DNA of 64,000 nucleotides from a virus (Duplodnaviria > Caudoviricetes). Positions 44,660 through 54,828 of the stretch are shown piece after piece. Made by a program: the position numbers and the translations under genes. Position 1 is the first letter of the stretch. Every line of letters begins with the position of its first letter. The stretch lies in the IMG/VR virus record IMGVR_UViG_3300048549_001527; one strand, 5' to 3'. Under the pieces are notes generated by a model. The model was not told the DNA's origin. It saw nothing but the letters and a program-made list of their open reading frames with translations, and ran no database searches.

Positions 44660-46456
44660 ATGGCTACGAAGCTGAACATAACAGAATTAGATTTCGCTAG
44701 CAACAAGCAGCAACTGATTAATTATTTAAAAAGTCAATCGCAATTTAAAGATTATGATTTCGAAGGTTCCAACTTAAATGTTCTTTTAGATGTGTTATCA
44801 TATAATACATATCAGAATAACTTTTATACCAATATGGCAATCAATGAAATGTTTCTTGACTCTGCGGTATTACCAAACTCGGTTGTATCACACGCAAAAG
44901 AATTAAATTATTTGCCAAGCTCAAGGAAATCTGCAAGGGCTTCAGTAAGAGTTACTATCCGTGATACTACAATTACAGGACAAACAATTACAATCCCTCA
45001 GTTCGCAGCATTCAAGGCTTCTTTCCAAGGGGAGAATTATGAATTCGTTACGGACAAAGCATATGTTGCAAAGAAAACAGAAACTGGTGTATTCGTTGCA
45101 GACAATATTGAACTCTTTGAAGGACAAATGCTAACAAGCTTTGAACGTGAAGGGTATTTTGTTGACGAAGATGGCATTCTTACAGTTATTCTTTCAAACG
45201 AAAACGCTGATATTGATTCTCTCGAGGTATTTGTTGATGCCGAGTTTACAGAAGACGCAAATATATTTACTCGCAAAAATGATATCTTTGGAGTTGGACC
45301 TGAAGATAAAGTATTTTACGTAGAACCATATTATGATGGCAGGTATAAAATTTATTTTGGTAACAACGTGTTTGGCATACAGCCTGATGAATACGAAGAT
45401 ATTCGTGTTAAGTATAGAATTTGTTCAGGTGCCGAACCAAATGGTGCAAGTGTTTTTACAATTCAAATTACTTCAACAGGTACAACTGAAGTTGAAACAA
45501 TACAGGCGGCACTTGGCGGCGCAGACGCAGAGTCATTAGAAAAAATCCGTTACTTTGCCCCTAAGGCTTTACAAATTCAGGAGAGAGCTATAACAACTTC
45601 TGATTATGAAGTATTACTTAAACAACAATTTCCAGAAATTAAAGCCGTGTCAGCATACGGTGGAGAAAATTTAAATCCTCCGCAATTTGGACGCGTTGCG
45701 ATATCAGTTTATTTAGGAGAAGCTGAAGAAACCTTATCAAATACTTTGGTAAATACATATCTTGATTATTTGGCAGATAAGACTCCATTAGCTATTGAGC
45801 CAACATTCGTTCCATCCGAATTTGTGTATGGCAAAATTACAGTTCGTGTTAATTATAATCCAAAGCTTACTACAAAAAATTCTGATTTTATTGCGCAGTT
45901 GGTTAGAGACACGGTACAAGCATACTCAGAAGGAACGTTAGATAACTTTAATACTACCCTAAGGTTATCAAACCTGTCCTCTAACATCGACGCAGCTGAC
46001 GTATCTATAACTTCAAATGCCATGACGGCAAAGCCGATTATTGAATACACACCAGATCTTAATATCAAATCTAATCCTATATTTAAATTTGGTACACCAT
46101 TAGTAAAGCCGTACCCGTTCCGTGAAACGAATGGATTTTCAGAATATAAACCATCTATTGTAAGTGGACAATTTTCAGTAGATAATGTTTGTGTATACTT
46201 ACAAGATGATGGCATCGGAAACATGCAATTAGTTACTAGCGATCTTTCTAATCCACAAATTATTGATCCAACGGCAGGCACTGTTGACTATGACGCAGGC
46301 GATGTAAAACTAATTAATTTTAGAACCGATGGATTTTCTGGCTCTGCTATTCAATTTATTGCCACAACTGTTTACGATGACATTGCTGCTCCAAAAGGTA
46401 GAATTTTTGCAATCCGCGACGACGATGTAGAAGTAACATTAAGAGAGACTGAATAA
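44660..46456 (+). CDS. 6: Baseplate wedge gp6
   Basis: ELDF...K..L..YLK.Q..F.DYDFEGSNL.VLLDVL.YN, Q.RAIT..DY, P.FG.V.I. Confidence 0.93.
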   Translation: MATKLNITELDFASNKQQLINYLKSQSQFKDYDFEGSNLNVLLDVLSYNTYQNNFYTNMAINEMFLDSAVLPNSVVSHAKELNYLPSSRKSARASVRVTIRDTTITGQTITIPQFAAFKASFQGENYEFVTDKAYVAKKTETGVFVADNIELFEGQMLTSFEREGYFVDEDGILTVILSNENADIDSLEVFVDAEFTEDANIFTRKNDIFGVGPEDKVFYVEPYYDGRYKIYFGNNVFGIQPDEYEDIRVKYRICSGAEPNGASVFTIQITSTGTTEVETIQAALGGADAESLEKIRYFAPKALQIQERAITTSDYEVLLKQQFPEIKAVSAYGGENLNPPQFGRVAISVYLGEAEETLSNTLVNTYLDYLADKTPLAIEPTFVPSEFVYGKITVRVNYNPKLTTKNSDFIAQLVRDTVQAYSEGTLDNFNTTLRLSNLSSNIDAADVSITSNAMTAKPIIEYTPDLNIKSNPIFKFGTPLVKPYPFRETNGFSEYKPSIVSGQFSVDNVCVYLQDDGIGNMQLVTSDLSNPQIIDPTAGTVDYDAGDVKLINFRTDGFSGSAIQFIATTVYDDIAAPKGRIFAIRDDDVEVTLRETE

Positions 46457-46457
46457 A

Positions 46458-49055
46458 ATGGTCGGTTATAATAATCAAAAAGAGTTAATTGAAAAAAAGA
46501 TTGCCTTCAAGGTTAATAGTATGTGGCCTGCGATTTATCGTGATGAAGGCGCTGAACTTGTTCAACTTGTAAAAGATTATTATGAATTCTTAGAAACAGA
46601 ATACAACCAAAGCCATTATAACAATCGGCGAATGTACGAATACCGTGACATATCAACTACGTTAGCGAGTATGATTATACATTTCCAAAAAGCATTTCTT
46701 GCGGACTTGCCATTGTTAGATGATACAACAGTAAGAATTGTAATTAAAAATATCATGGACCTTTATAGAAGAAAAGGTACTCGTGGTGGTATTATTGTAT
46801 TCTTTAGACTATTTTATCAAGAGTATGCCGAAGTTGTATATCCATCTAAATATATGTTTAAGCCGTCTGACTCAACGTGGAAAACTGGTTCGTATTTAGA
46901 AATGTTTCCAAACGATAACGTTTTTGTATCAAACAGCGGTCTTAGCTATACTTATGAAAATTTACTTTCACGAAATATTAAAGGTTCTGTGTCAGGTGCC
47001 AAAGCAGTTGTTGATAAAATTAACTTTATTATTAAAAACAAAACTATCTATCCGGTTATTTACTTAAATAACATAAAAGGACAGTTTCAAAAATTCGATG
47101 ATATCCTGGCGAGAATTGCTGGTGAAGATGTTAGCTTTGGAAAAATTGGTGGATCGTTAAATGCAATTACCCCAATTGATGAAGCCTATGGTGGTACAAC
47201 AGGAAATGAAATTGGAGACGTTTATAACGTAAAAAGTAAATACGGATCAGGTGGTAAAGTTTTAGTAACTGATGTATCTGCGCAGCAAACTGGTATAATA
47301 AAATATGAATTGCTAGACGGCGGATTTGGTTATACAATAGAAGGCACAAGGCTTATAGTTTCAAATCAAGTAATTGTTTTTGATAACCCAAATTTTATAT
47401 TTAACACTGACTTAAGAATTGAACAGCCATCTACTTCTGCAATAGCAACAGTTATTGGACAGAACTCTGTTGTGGCTGGAGTTAAATTAGATATTGGCTC
47501 AGCAGAATTTGAAGACTCTTCGTTTATCCAAACAGTTCAAGCTACAGATCCTCTTAAATCAGTAAAGCTTATTCCTGCTTCTCAAACTGCGTTATATAAC
47601 TCAACATATACAATAATAGAAGGTATGCAACGCGCCGCGGATGGGCAAGAACCAGAACTTACAAACTTTACCCCAATTGTTGGAACACGTCAACTCGGGG
47701 ATGTAAACAATGACTCTTTCGTTAACCAATTAGATGTAGATAATATAACAGCATATTTTGATGGCACATTAACAGATGAAGCTACAATTGAATGGATTGA
47801 GCGAGACTTTAAAATAAGACTTACGCAGAATCCTCTTTACGATGCTTATCCTGCATATAAAGCATATTTTAACGCAGTGTCTGCAAAAAATGACAGTTCT
47901 CCTGGTCCACTATATCCTGACACTAATGACACTGATGACGTTAAAGTAGAAAGTTTATCCAATATTCAAAACATAAGTTTAATTACTGATGTGATAAGTA
48001 ATTTTGTGAATGTTCCTTTAAACTCAGCAGACTATAATACAGTGCCGCCAGCGTTAATTCCAATGACAGGTACTGCTAGCCCAGTAACTCTTGCGACTCC
48101 GTTAGATGAAGCGTTTGATTTAACGCCGTTTAATATTGGAGTAATTGACGCGTTTGAAAATGTGAATCCAGGAAATGATTACGTTAACGACGTGTTTGCT
48201 TTAGTACAAGATTCAACGATGATTCCGTTTGCAAGATATGAGCAAATTATTATTCTTTCAAATATAACCGCTGCATTTTCAGTTGGCGATATCATTACAC
48301 AAGAAACGTCTGGCGTGGTTGGTAAAATTACCGGAGTTAATAGTGGAGAAAAGTTTATTAAAGTAACACCGTATGCTTATTACGGATTTAACTCTACAAA
48401 CGATATTTTATTCAGAGGAAATAATTATCCTATCCTTGCATCAGAACGAGATTACACTTCTGAAGTAATTGGTGCTAATGCTGATATGAGTGCTAAAACT
48501 ATATTTGAAGATGGTAGGATTACCGGCGTAAAGGTTATTAATTCAGGATTTGCATATCCGGATGGGGAAGTAATCTTAATAGTAGATGATAATGATAACA
48601 TTCAAGCAAGAGGTACGGCCCAAGCTGTAACAGAAGGAATTACAGAAGGTTTCTGGGGACAACTTAATTCTCATATTAATGGCTACACAAGTACAGTAGC
48701 TGAAAACGGTGCTGATGTTTACTACGAAGGTCAAATGAGAATACAAGATAGTGATTTCTATCAAGAGTACTCGTATGATATTAAATCTTCAGTATCACAA
48801 GAAAGATATCGTGGTGCATTGCATAAAAATGTTCACCTTGCAGGTACAAAGCAATTTGGATCATTTTTATATCAGAAAAAACAAAACAGCGGTATTGCAC
48901 AAAGATTTTATCATAATGTTAAAAATGATTATACGTCCGGCGGGATTGATGTCGTTGGGCCAGGACAGGATACAGGTCAAAGTGGAACAATTACAATGGA
49001 TACTACTGGGTATACTGCTGATAGTACGATTTTGCGTGCAGACATTGTGAGATAA
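46458..49055 (+). CDS. 7: Baseplate wedge gp7-like
   Basis: FV.L..YYEFL, LYRRKGT..GI..FFRLF, IQDSDFYQEYSY.IKS, HLAGTK.FG. Confidence 0.8.
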   Translation: MVGYNNQKELIEKKIAFKVNSMWPAIYRDEGAELVQLVKDYYEFLETEYNQSHYNNRRMYEYRDISTTLASMIIHFQKAFLADLPLLDDTTVRIVIKNIMDLYRRKGTRGGIIVFFRLFYQEYAEVVYPSKYMFKPSDSTWKTGSYLEMFPNDNVFVSNSGLSYTYENLLSRNIKGSVSGAKAVVDKINFIIKNKTIYPVIYLNNIKGQFQKFDDILARIAGEDVSFGKIGGSLNAITPIDEAYGGTTGNEIGDVYNVKSKYGSGGKVLVTDVSAQQTGIIKYELLDGGFGYTIEGTRLIVSNQVIVFDNPNFIFNTDLRIEQPSTSAIATVIGQNSVVAGVKLDIGSAEFEDSSFIQTVQATDPLKSVKLIPASQTALYNSTYTIIEGMQRAADGQEPELTNFTPIVGTRQLGDVNNDSFVNQLDVDNITAYFDGTLTDEATIEWIERDFKIRLTQNPLYDAYPAYKAYFNAVSAKNDSSPGPLYPDTNDTDDVKVESLSNIQNISLITDVISNFVNVPLNSADYNTVPPALIPMTGTASPVTLATPLDEAFDLTPFNIGVIDAFENVNPGNDYVNDVFALVQDSTMIPFARYEQIIILSNITAAFSVGDIITQETSGVVGKITGVNSGEKFIKVTPYAYYGFNSTNDILFRGNNYPILASERDYTSEVIGANADMSAKTIFEDGRITGVKVINSGFAYPDGEVILIVDDNDNIQARGTAQAVTEGITEGFWGQLNSHINGYTSTVAENGADVYYEGQMRIQDSDFYQEYSYDIKSSVSQERYRGALHKNVHLAGTKQFGSFLYQKKQNSGIAQRFYHNVKNDYTSGGIDVVGPGQDTGQSGTITMDTTGYTADSTILRADIVR

Positions 49056-49096
49056 AATAAACGGATAAATAACTAAAACACTTAGGAGCTATAATA

Positions 49097-50470
49097 ATGG
49101 CAAAGCAGACAATTGGTGTAGGACTAGCGGCTAATGATGGCGGTGGTGATCCGTTACGTTCTGCGTTCGTTAAAGTCAACGAAAACTTCACAGAACTTTA
49201 TAACGCTAGTGTAACAACACTTACAGATTTAGGAATTTCTGACGGAACTAACGGTCAAGTACTTACAACTGACGGTAATGGTGCATTTACTTTTACTACT
49301 GTGTCAGGCGGAGGTGGAACCACATTAGGCGCGTTAACTGATGTTAGCGCTGTAGCAGCTACGACAGGTCAAGTATTAAAATGGGATGGTGCCCAATGGG
49401 CGCCAGGAACAGACTCAGGCGGCGGTAGCGGAATTGCTTTAACTGATTTGAGTGTTGCAGCTGAACCAGCGGCATCAGGAGATGGCGGTCTTGCTTACGA
49501 TAGTGGTACAGGTGCATTTACATATACTCCTCCAGTTATTCCAGCTGACTTAAACGATTTAGGAATATCAGATGGAACTAACGGTCAAGTACTTACAACT
49601 GACGGCGCAGGCGGTTATACATTTGAAGATGCGTCAGGCGGCGGCGGTGGAGGATCCTCGACCTTTAGTGGTTTAACAGAAATTTCAACAGCTGATGTTG
49701 ATGCTCATGATATTGCGTTACAAGCTAAAACAACACACATTATGACTCCTAACGGTTCTTCAGCATACCGTTCAGATATTTATGGCACGGTAGATAATCC
49801 AACAATCCATGTAAGAGCAGGCGAAACAATCGCGTTTGACTTAACAGATGTAACAGGTTCGCACCCGTTCCAAATTGAAACATCAGGTGGATCAGCATAT
49901 AATGACGGCTTAATTCATATTGCAACTAATGGTACTAGAACTACTGGTGCAAGCGCTCAAGGTAAAACCTCTGGTACATTGTATTGGAAAGTCCCAGGAA
50001 CAATCAGTGGTACTTATAAGTATATTTGTACTGTTCATGGTTCAATGATTGGTGATATTGAAATTGAAGCTGCGGCAGGTGCATCAGGTGGAAGTGGACT
50101 AAATACACGTACTTCAACCAATACTCTTAACAGCGGGATGGCAAATGGTGCTACTGCAAACTTTGATCTTTCTGCGGCTAAAACATTTGTTTTATATTCA
50201 ATTGAAGTATCAGGCGCAGCTTGGGTAAGATTGTATATTGATACTGCGTCGAGAACCGCCGATGCTTCAAGATTAAGAGGTAATGACCCGGCACCTGATG
50301 CAGGAGTAATTGCCGAAGTAATTACAACAGGAAGTGAAACTGTTAAATTTGGCCCTGCGGTCATTGGTTATTGTAGTACTGGTAACACAATTCCAGCTGC
50401 AGTTACAAACGATACCGGTGGAACTGCTAATATTGATGTTACAATAACGCACTTAAGCTTAGAGGCCTAG
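49097..50470 (+). CDS. Fibre-like virion protein with repeats and a cupredoxin-like domain
   Basis: MAKQTI.VG.AANDG.GD.LR.AF.K.NENFTELY N-terminus; GQVL repeats; SHPFQI...YICTVHGSM. Confidence 0.75.
   Translation: MAKQTIGVGLAANDGGGDPLRSAFVKVNENFTELYNASVTTLTDLGISDGTNGQVLTTDGNGAFTFTTVSGGGGTTLGALTDVSAVAATTGQVLKWDGAQWAPGTDSGGGSGIALTDLSVAAEPAASGDGGLAYDSGTGAFTYTPPVIPADLNDLGISDGTNGQVLTTDGAGGYTFEDASGGGGGGSSTFSGLTEISTADVDAHDIALQAKTTHIMTPNGSSAYRSDIYGTVDNPTIHVRAGETIAFDLTDVTGSHPFQIETSGGSAYNDGLIHIATNGTRTTGASAQGKTSGTLYWKVPGTISGTYKYICTVHGSMIGDIEIEAAAGASGGSGLNTRTSTNTLNSGMANGATANFDLSAAKTFVLYSIEVSGAAWVRLYIDTASRTADASRLRGNDPAPDAGVIAEVITTGSETVKFGPAVIGYCSTGNTIPAAVTNDTGGTANIDVTITHLSLEA
49244..49605 (+). repeat. 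32-nt exact direct repeat within the fibre gene
   Basis: GGAACTAACGGTCAAGTACTTACAACTGACGG at 49244-49275 and 49574-49605 (peptide DLGISDGTNGQVLTTDG twice). Confidence 0.9.
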
Positions 50471-50471
50471 A

Positions 50472-53126
50472 ATGCCAGATCAAACTCTTGAATGGATTAT
50501 CACTCTTCATAATCATGAGGACCTAGAAGATTTCTACAATGATATGGAAACTCCTGGCGGAAATCTGTTTATTCCAGACAGAGCAGTTGGTGTTGAAAAA
50601 AGAAGATCAATTAGTCGTAACACTCATTATATGTTAACTCCAGCAGAAGCGGCACTTATCAAACAAGACGAACGTGTTTGGGATGTGGATATGGCAGATA
50701 TGATTGTAAATGTTCCAACATATGAGTTTAACGGTGATTTTGATAAAACAACTTCAGGCGATGCAGATCATATCAATTGGGGTATATTAAGACATACGAT
50801 AGAAGATAATTTGTCAAATTGGGGTCTTCCTGGTACATCAGGTTATACACGTGATGTGAATATAACAGCGTCAGGAAAACATGTTGATGTTGTAATATTT
50901 GACGGACATTTTGATCCAGCGCATCCAGAGTTTGCAACAATTGGAACTGAGACAGATTATTCAGATGGTGCACTTGTAAGTGACTCATCTAACGGAGCAG
51001 TATTTGATAGATCAATTACAGTTCGTGGAGTTAAATGTGTTATTGCTGGCGCAGTAGGTGGACAAACTGCAGTACCAGACGCTTGGGCATATAAAACTGC
51101 AAAATTTATTACATTACTTATTAATCCACAAGATCCTTTAATTAATTTAGAACACCAAGCCAATTTAATTAAAACATTAAAAGGTGATTCGGGAACTACA
51201 CATGCAGGCTTACCTACGGCACAAAGAGTTGCTTGGGGTGGTGGTGCTTCATATACACCAAACTTTTTAACAGACGCAGGTGCGGCACAATACGCAGGAT
51301 ACCAAACTTTTTTAGATAATAACGCTATGGACGATATGGTATGGTATAGAAATTCATCAGGAGCAAATCCGCCAACAAGCGATAGAGACATCGAAGAGTT
51401 AGCAGAACACTTGTTCCATACAATTCATAACTTTGGTATTCCAGGTGCAGTTCCTGGAAGTGCTACAGAAGTTCCTATGCAATCTTTAGGACCGATACTC
51501 GAAGGCAATCCTAGTTTTGATTGGCAAAATACAGAATTACATCTTGCAATGAAAGAAGCAATTGACGCCAGCCTATACGATCCATCTGGTTATTCTACAG
51601 ATTGGGCAACAGATGCTGAAGCAGCTACAGTTGCATACAAAGAATATACTTATTTAGTTAATTGGTCAATGTGGGATATGAGTCAATTCTGGGATGGAGA
51701 AAGTCTTGCGCCAGAATGGTCTGATACGTTAAAAACACCAGCAGGTATGTTAGCAAATAACCCGTTGGGTCATGCTATGTTTAAAAAATACTTTGAGCCA
51801 GTTTTAAGTAAACCAGACTTTGATGTTTTAAGAGATATTTTTAGGGATAATGATCTCGGTCCTTCATATTATACACCAGCATCAAACGGTGCTCCAAGAG
51901 TTAATCAATACAATTGGTTTCAAAACGATATCGGTTCAGGAACTGACACTTACGTCTATACTCCATATATTGACGCTGCTTACGCAGATAACAACGGTGA
52001 CGGAATTCCAGATCGTACTGATGATAACAATCATGGTGCTCATGTCGCTGGTACAGTTGCCGGAAATAAACAAGGATGGGCTCGTGACGCAAATATTTAC
52101 AACATCAGTATTTATGGCACAAACCAAAACTTCGGAACAAACGGTTTAAGTTCATCTACTTATTGGGATTATGTACGTGCATGGCACAATGCTAAATCGG
52201 TAAACCCTGCAACTGGTAGAAAAAACCCTACAATCACAAATCATAGTTACGGATCAACCGTAACACTTCAAGCATATACCGCAAGTAGCGGTGCTGTTTA
52301 TACCGCACCTGAAAAAATCAACTATAGAGGAACAGAATATGATAAAGGAAGTGCTTTAGTTGAGTCTGATTATACATCTCGTGGTATATACACAACTGAT
52401 GATACACCAACGGTTCAAGCATATTTTACATCAAGGTTTGCAGATATTCAAGATGCTATAGATGATGGAATTATTGTTGTAGCCGCCGCCGGAAACGATA
52501 GGTGTAAAATTACTAATAGCACTGACCAAGATTATAATAACATAGTGTATTGGCCTTATACGTTTTTTGGATTTGACTACGAGCAAACAGTCTATACTCA
52601 TAGAGGTACTGGTTCTGCAGCTGGTAAAGCAGAAGTAATTGTTGTTGGCGCACTAAGTAACGATACTGATGAAAAGAAAGCTGGTTTTTCAAACACAGGT
52701 TCACAAGTTGATATTTACGCGGCCGGCGAAACAATTCAAAGCTCGCTAAATACAAATCAGTACGCAACCGTCGGGCCATTTACCGACTCAAGAGATAGTA
52801 ATTATGAAGGCGCAAAATATTACGGAACATCTATGGCTAGCCCACAAGTGGCAGGCGTTTTGGCTATCTTGGCTGAAAGTTGGCCGAATATGACTCAAGC
52901 CGAAGCGCAGCAATGGATAATTGATAACGCATCAGACAATAAGATGTATGATAGCGCAGCCGATGACCCAATGGACACAACAAGTTTACAAGGCGGTCCA
53001 AATAAAATACTGAGATGGATTAACCAAAGACCTGAAGAAGGTTTTGCATATCCACAAAGAAATTTTAAACCACGCCCAACCACAGGCGCAGTTTATCCTC
53101 GAGCTAAAATTAGAAAAAGAGGCTAA
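50472..53126 (+). CDS. Subtilisin-like (S8) virion protease with large internal insertion
   Basis: VVIFDG (Asp), NHGAHVAG (His), AAGND (oxyanion Asn), GTSMASPQVAG (Ser). Confidence 0.9.
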   Translation: MPDQTLEWIITLHNHEDLEDFYNDMETPGGNLFIPDRAVGVEKRRSISRNTHYMLTPAEAALIKQDERVWDVDMADMIVNVPTYEFNGDFDKTTSGDADHINWGILRHTIEDNLSNWGLPGTSGYTRDVNITASGKHVDVVIFDGHFDPAHPEFATIGTETDYSDGALVSDSSNGAVFDRSITVRGVKCVIAGAVGGQTAVPDAWAYKTAKFITLLINPQDPLINLEHQANLIKTLKGDSGTTHAGLPTAQRVAWGGGASYTPNFLTDAGAAQYAGYQTFLDNNAMDDMVWYRNSSGANPPTSDRDIEELAEHLFHTIHNFGIPGAVPGSATEVPMQSLGPILEGNPSFDWQNTELHLAMKEAIDASLYDPSGYSTDWATDAEAATVAYKEYTYLVNWSMWDMSQFWDGESLAPEWSDTLKTPAGMLANNPLGHAMFKKYFEPVLSKPDFDVLRDIFRDNDLGPSYYTPASNGAPRVNQYNWFQNDIGSGTDTYVYTPYIDAAYADNNGDGIPDRTDDNNHGAHVAGTVAGNKQGWARDANIYNISIYGTNQNFGTNGLSSSTYWDYVRAWHNAKSVNPATGRKNPTITNHSYGSTVTLQAYTASSGAVYTAPEKINYRGTEYDKGSALVESDYTSRGIYTTDDTPTVQAYFTSRFADIQDAIDDGIIVVAAAGNDRCKITNSTDQDYNNIVYWPYTFFGFDYEQTVYTHRGTGSAAGKAEVIVVGALSNDTDEKKAGFSNTGSQVDIYAAGETIQSSLNTNQYATVGPFTDSRDSNYEGAKYYGTSMASPQVAGVLAILAESWPNMTQAEAQQWIIDNASDNKMYDSAADDPMDTTSLQGGPNKILRWINQRPEEGFAYPQRNFKPRPTTGAVYPRAKIRKRG

Positions 53127-53133
53127 AATTGTA

Positions 53134-53141
53134 TATAAATA
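53134..53141 (+). promoter_or_regulatory. Late promoter TATAAATA
   Basis: Exact consensus upstream of gp8. Confidence 0.8.
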
Positions 53142-53162
53142 TTAAGAAAGAGTGGAAGTGAC

Positions 53163-54815
53163 ATGACAGAAATTCTAACTACAAAATATAAAACAGATTT
53201 GCTAAGATTATTTTATAATGATTTAGCATCTAATGAATTCTATGTTTTTGTTTCTTCGCTTACAACAGACCCAACTTCACGGGTTTCAGCGGCTAATACT
53301 AAAGTTTCAGAAATACAATTTTTAGATAACGTTTTATTCGGTAAAAAGATTTTAACATCTGATACCAAATTTATGATTAAATATTATCCGTGGCAAGAAG
53401 GCCAAGTGTTTGTTCAATATGACGACGCTACCGATTTAGAAGACCAAAAGTTTTTTGCGGCTGTCGGACCTAATGTTAACGACACTGGCGACTATAGAAT
53501 TTATAAATGTTTAAATAATAACAATGGTAAGAAAGTTACAAGTCCTCCACCCTTTGTTGCATCAGACGCAGATCAAATTTATGAAACCGCGGATGGTTAT
53601 GTTTGGAAGTATATGTTTGCTTTAACTCAATCGGATTTTGAAGCATACAATGCTATTGGCTATATTCCAATCGGCGGTTCTTTTGAGGTAGATCCAGTTG
53701 CGGCTAACCCGTCTAATTTTACAGGGTCTGTAGTTGACCAAATCTTAATTACAAACACAGAAGCCAATCAAGGATATTTTAGTGTTACAGGAATGAATGT
53801 TGCCGAAGCGCCTGATAACGCCGGTTTAATTATTTGCGATGATAATTCTTTGTCTGAAATTGCAAACTATTACGCAGGGATGACCTTGTATGTAACTGAT
53901 GGAAACGGTGAGTCGTATGTTAGAAAAATTACTTCATATAGTTATAATTCCATTGACGAGACTGGCGAATTTACTGTTGTGTTAGACACCGATAATCCAC
54001 GCCTTCCTGGCGCTGCGAAAAACGGAACTGCGGCCGTGTATCCTAGAATTGAAGTTACAGGTGATGGAACAGGAGCAACCGCTATCCCGGTAATAAACAA
54101 TAATGGAACCATTACAAAAATTAGAATGATTAACGCAGGTAGTGATTATACTCGTGCAAGCGCTGAAATTATAGATCCACTATACGATTTTGATCCTGAG
54201 TCAGAAGCGAGCATTGAAGTACGCGCAACCCTTCGACCGATATTATCCCCAAGGGGTGGTCACGGATCAAACCCAGTGGATGAATTTAAATGTAAACACA
54301 TTCTTCTTTACGGTTATGTTACAGAAGCAGATAATAACGCAATTGGTGCAACAGGTAGTTATTCACAACTTGGTATTATTAAAGATCCAGATTTTGATGC
54401 TGTTTTATATCCTACAACCGGCCCTAACATTTTTGACAACAGACTTGCGATTGTTACTAACGATATCGCAAAGGCTGTATCGGCAGGAACAGTATTACAG
54501 CAAATAGATGTCAATAACGAAGTAATATTTAGTGCTACCGTTCACGAACTTGATTACACTGCAAACACAATATATCTTGACGGGTATATGGGACCTTATG
54601 CAAATCAGCCTGGATCTGATATTGCGCTTAGCGAACTTTATCCGCTAACAACTCCAACAGGTCAGACAATTAATATAAATACACCAGTAGCAGATAATAT
54701 AACCGAATCACCGTATAAACAAAGAACCGGAGAAGTGTACTTTATGGAAGATTTATTTCCTCTTACACGTAACAACTCCTCCCGTGAAGAGTACAAACTC
54801 GTGCTAGAATTTTAA
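53163..54815 (+). CDS. 8: Baseplate wedge gp8
   Basis: Y.W..G.V...YDD, YRIYKCL.NNNG..VT.PP, DGY.WKYMF, PRGGHGS.PV.E, TGEVYF.E...P..R....REE.KLVLEF. Confidence 0.9.
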   Translation: MTEILTTKYKTDLLRLFYNDLASNEFYVFVSSLTTDPTSRVSAANTKVSEIQFLDNVLFGKKILTSDTKFMIKYYPWQEGQVFVQYDDATDLEDQKFFAAVGPNVNDTGDYRIYKCLNNNNGKKVTSPPPFVASDADQIYETADGYVWKYMFALTQSDFEAYNAIGYIPIGGSFEVDPVAANPSNFTGSVVDQILITNTEANQGYFSVTGMNVAEAPDNAGLIICDDNSLSEIANYYAGMTLYVTDGNGESYVRKITSYSYNSIDETGEFTVVLDTDNPRLPGAAKNGTAAVYPRIEVTGDGTGATAIPVINNNGTITKIRMINAGSDYTRASAEIIDPLYDFDPESEASIEVRATLRPILSPRGGHGSNPVDEFKCKHILLYGYVTEADNNAIGATGSYSQLGIIKDPDFDAVLYPTTGPNIFDNRLAIVTNDIAKAVSAGTVLQQIDVNNEVIFSATVHELDYTANTIYLDGYMGPYANQPGSDIALSELYPLTTPTGQTININTPVADNITESPYKQRTGEVYFMEDLFPLTRNNSSREEYKLVLEF

Positions 54816-54828
54816 GGAATTAAGATAG

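Noticed and set aside
50937-51890. Possible intein in the S8 protease
   Set aside because: No N-terminal Cys/Ser block, no His-Asn followed by Cys/Ser/Thr, and no LAGLIDADG motif; kept as a domain insertion.
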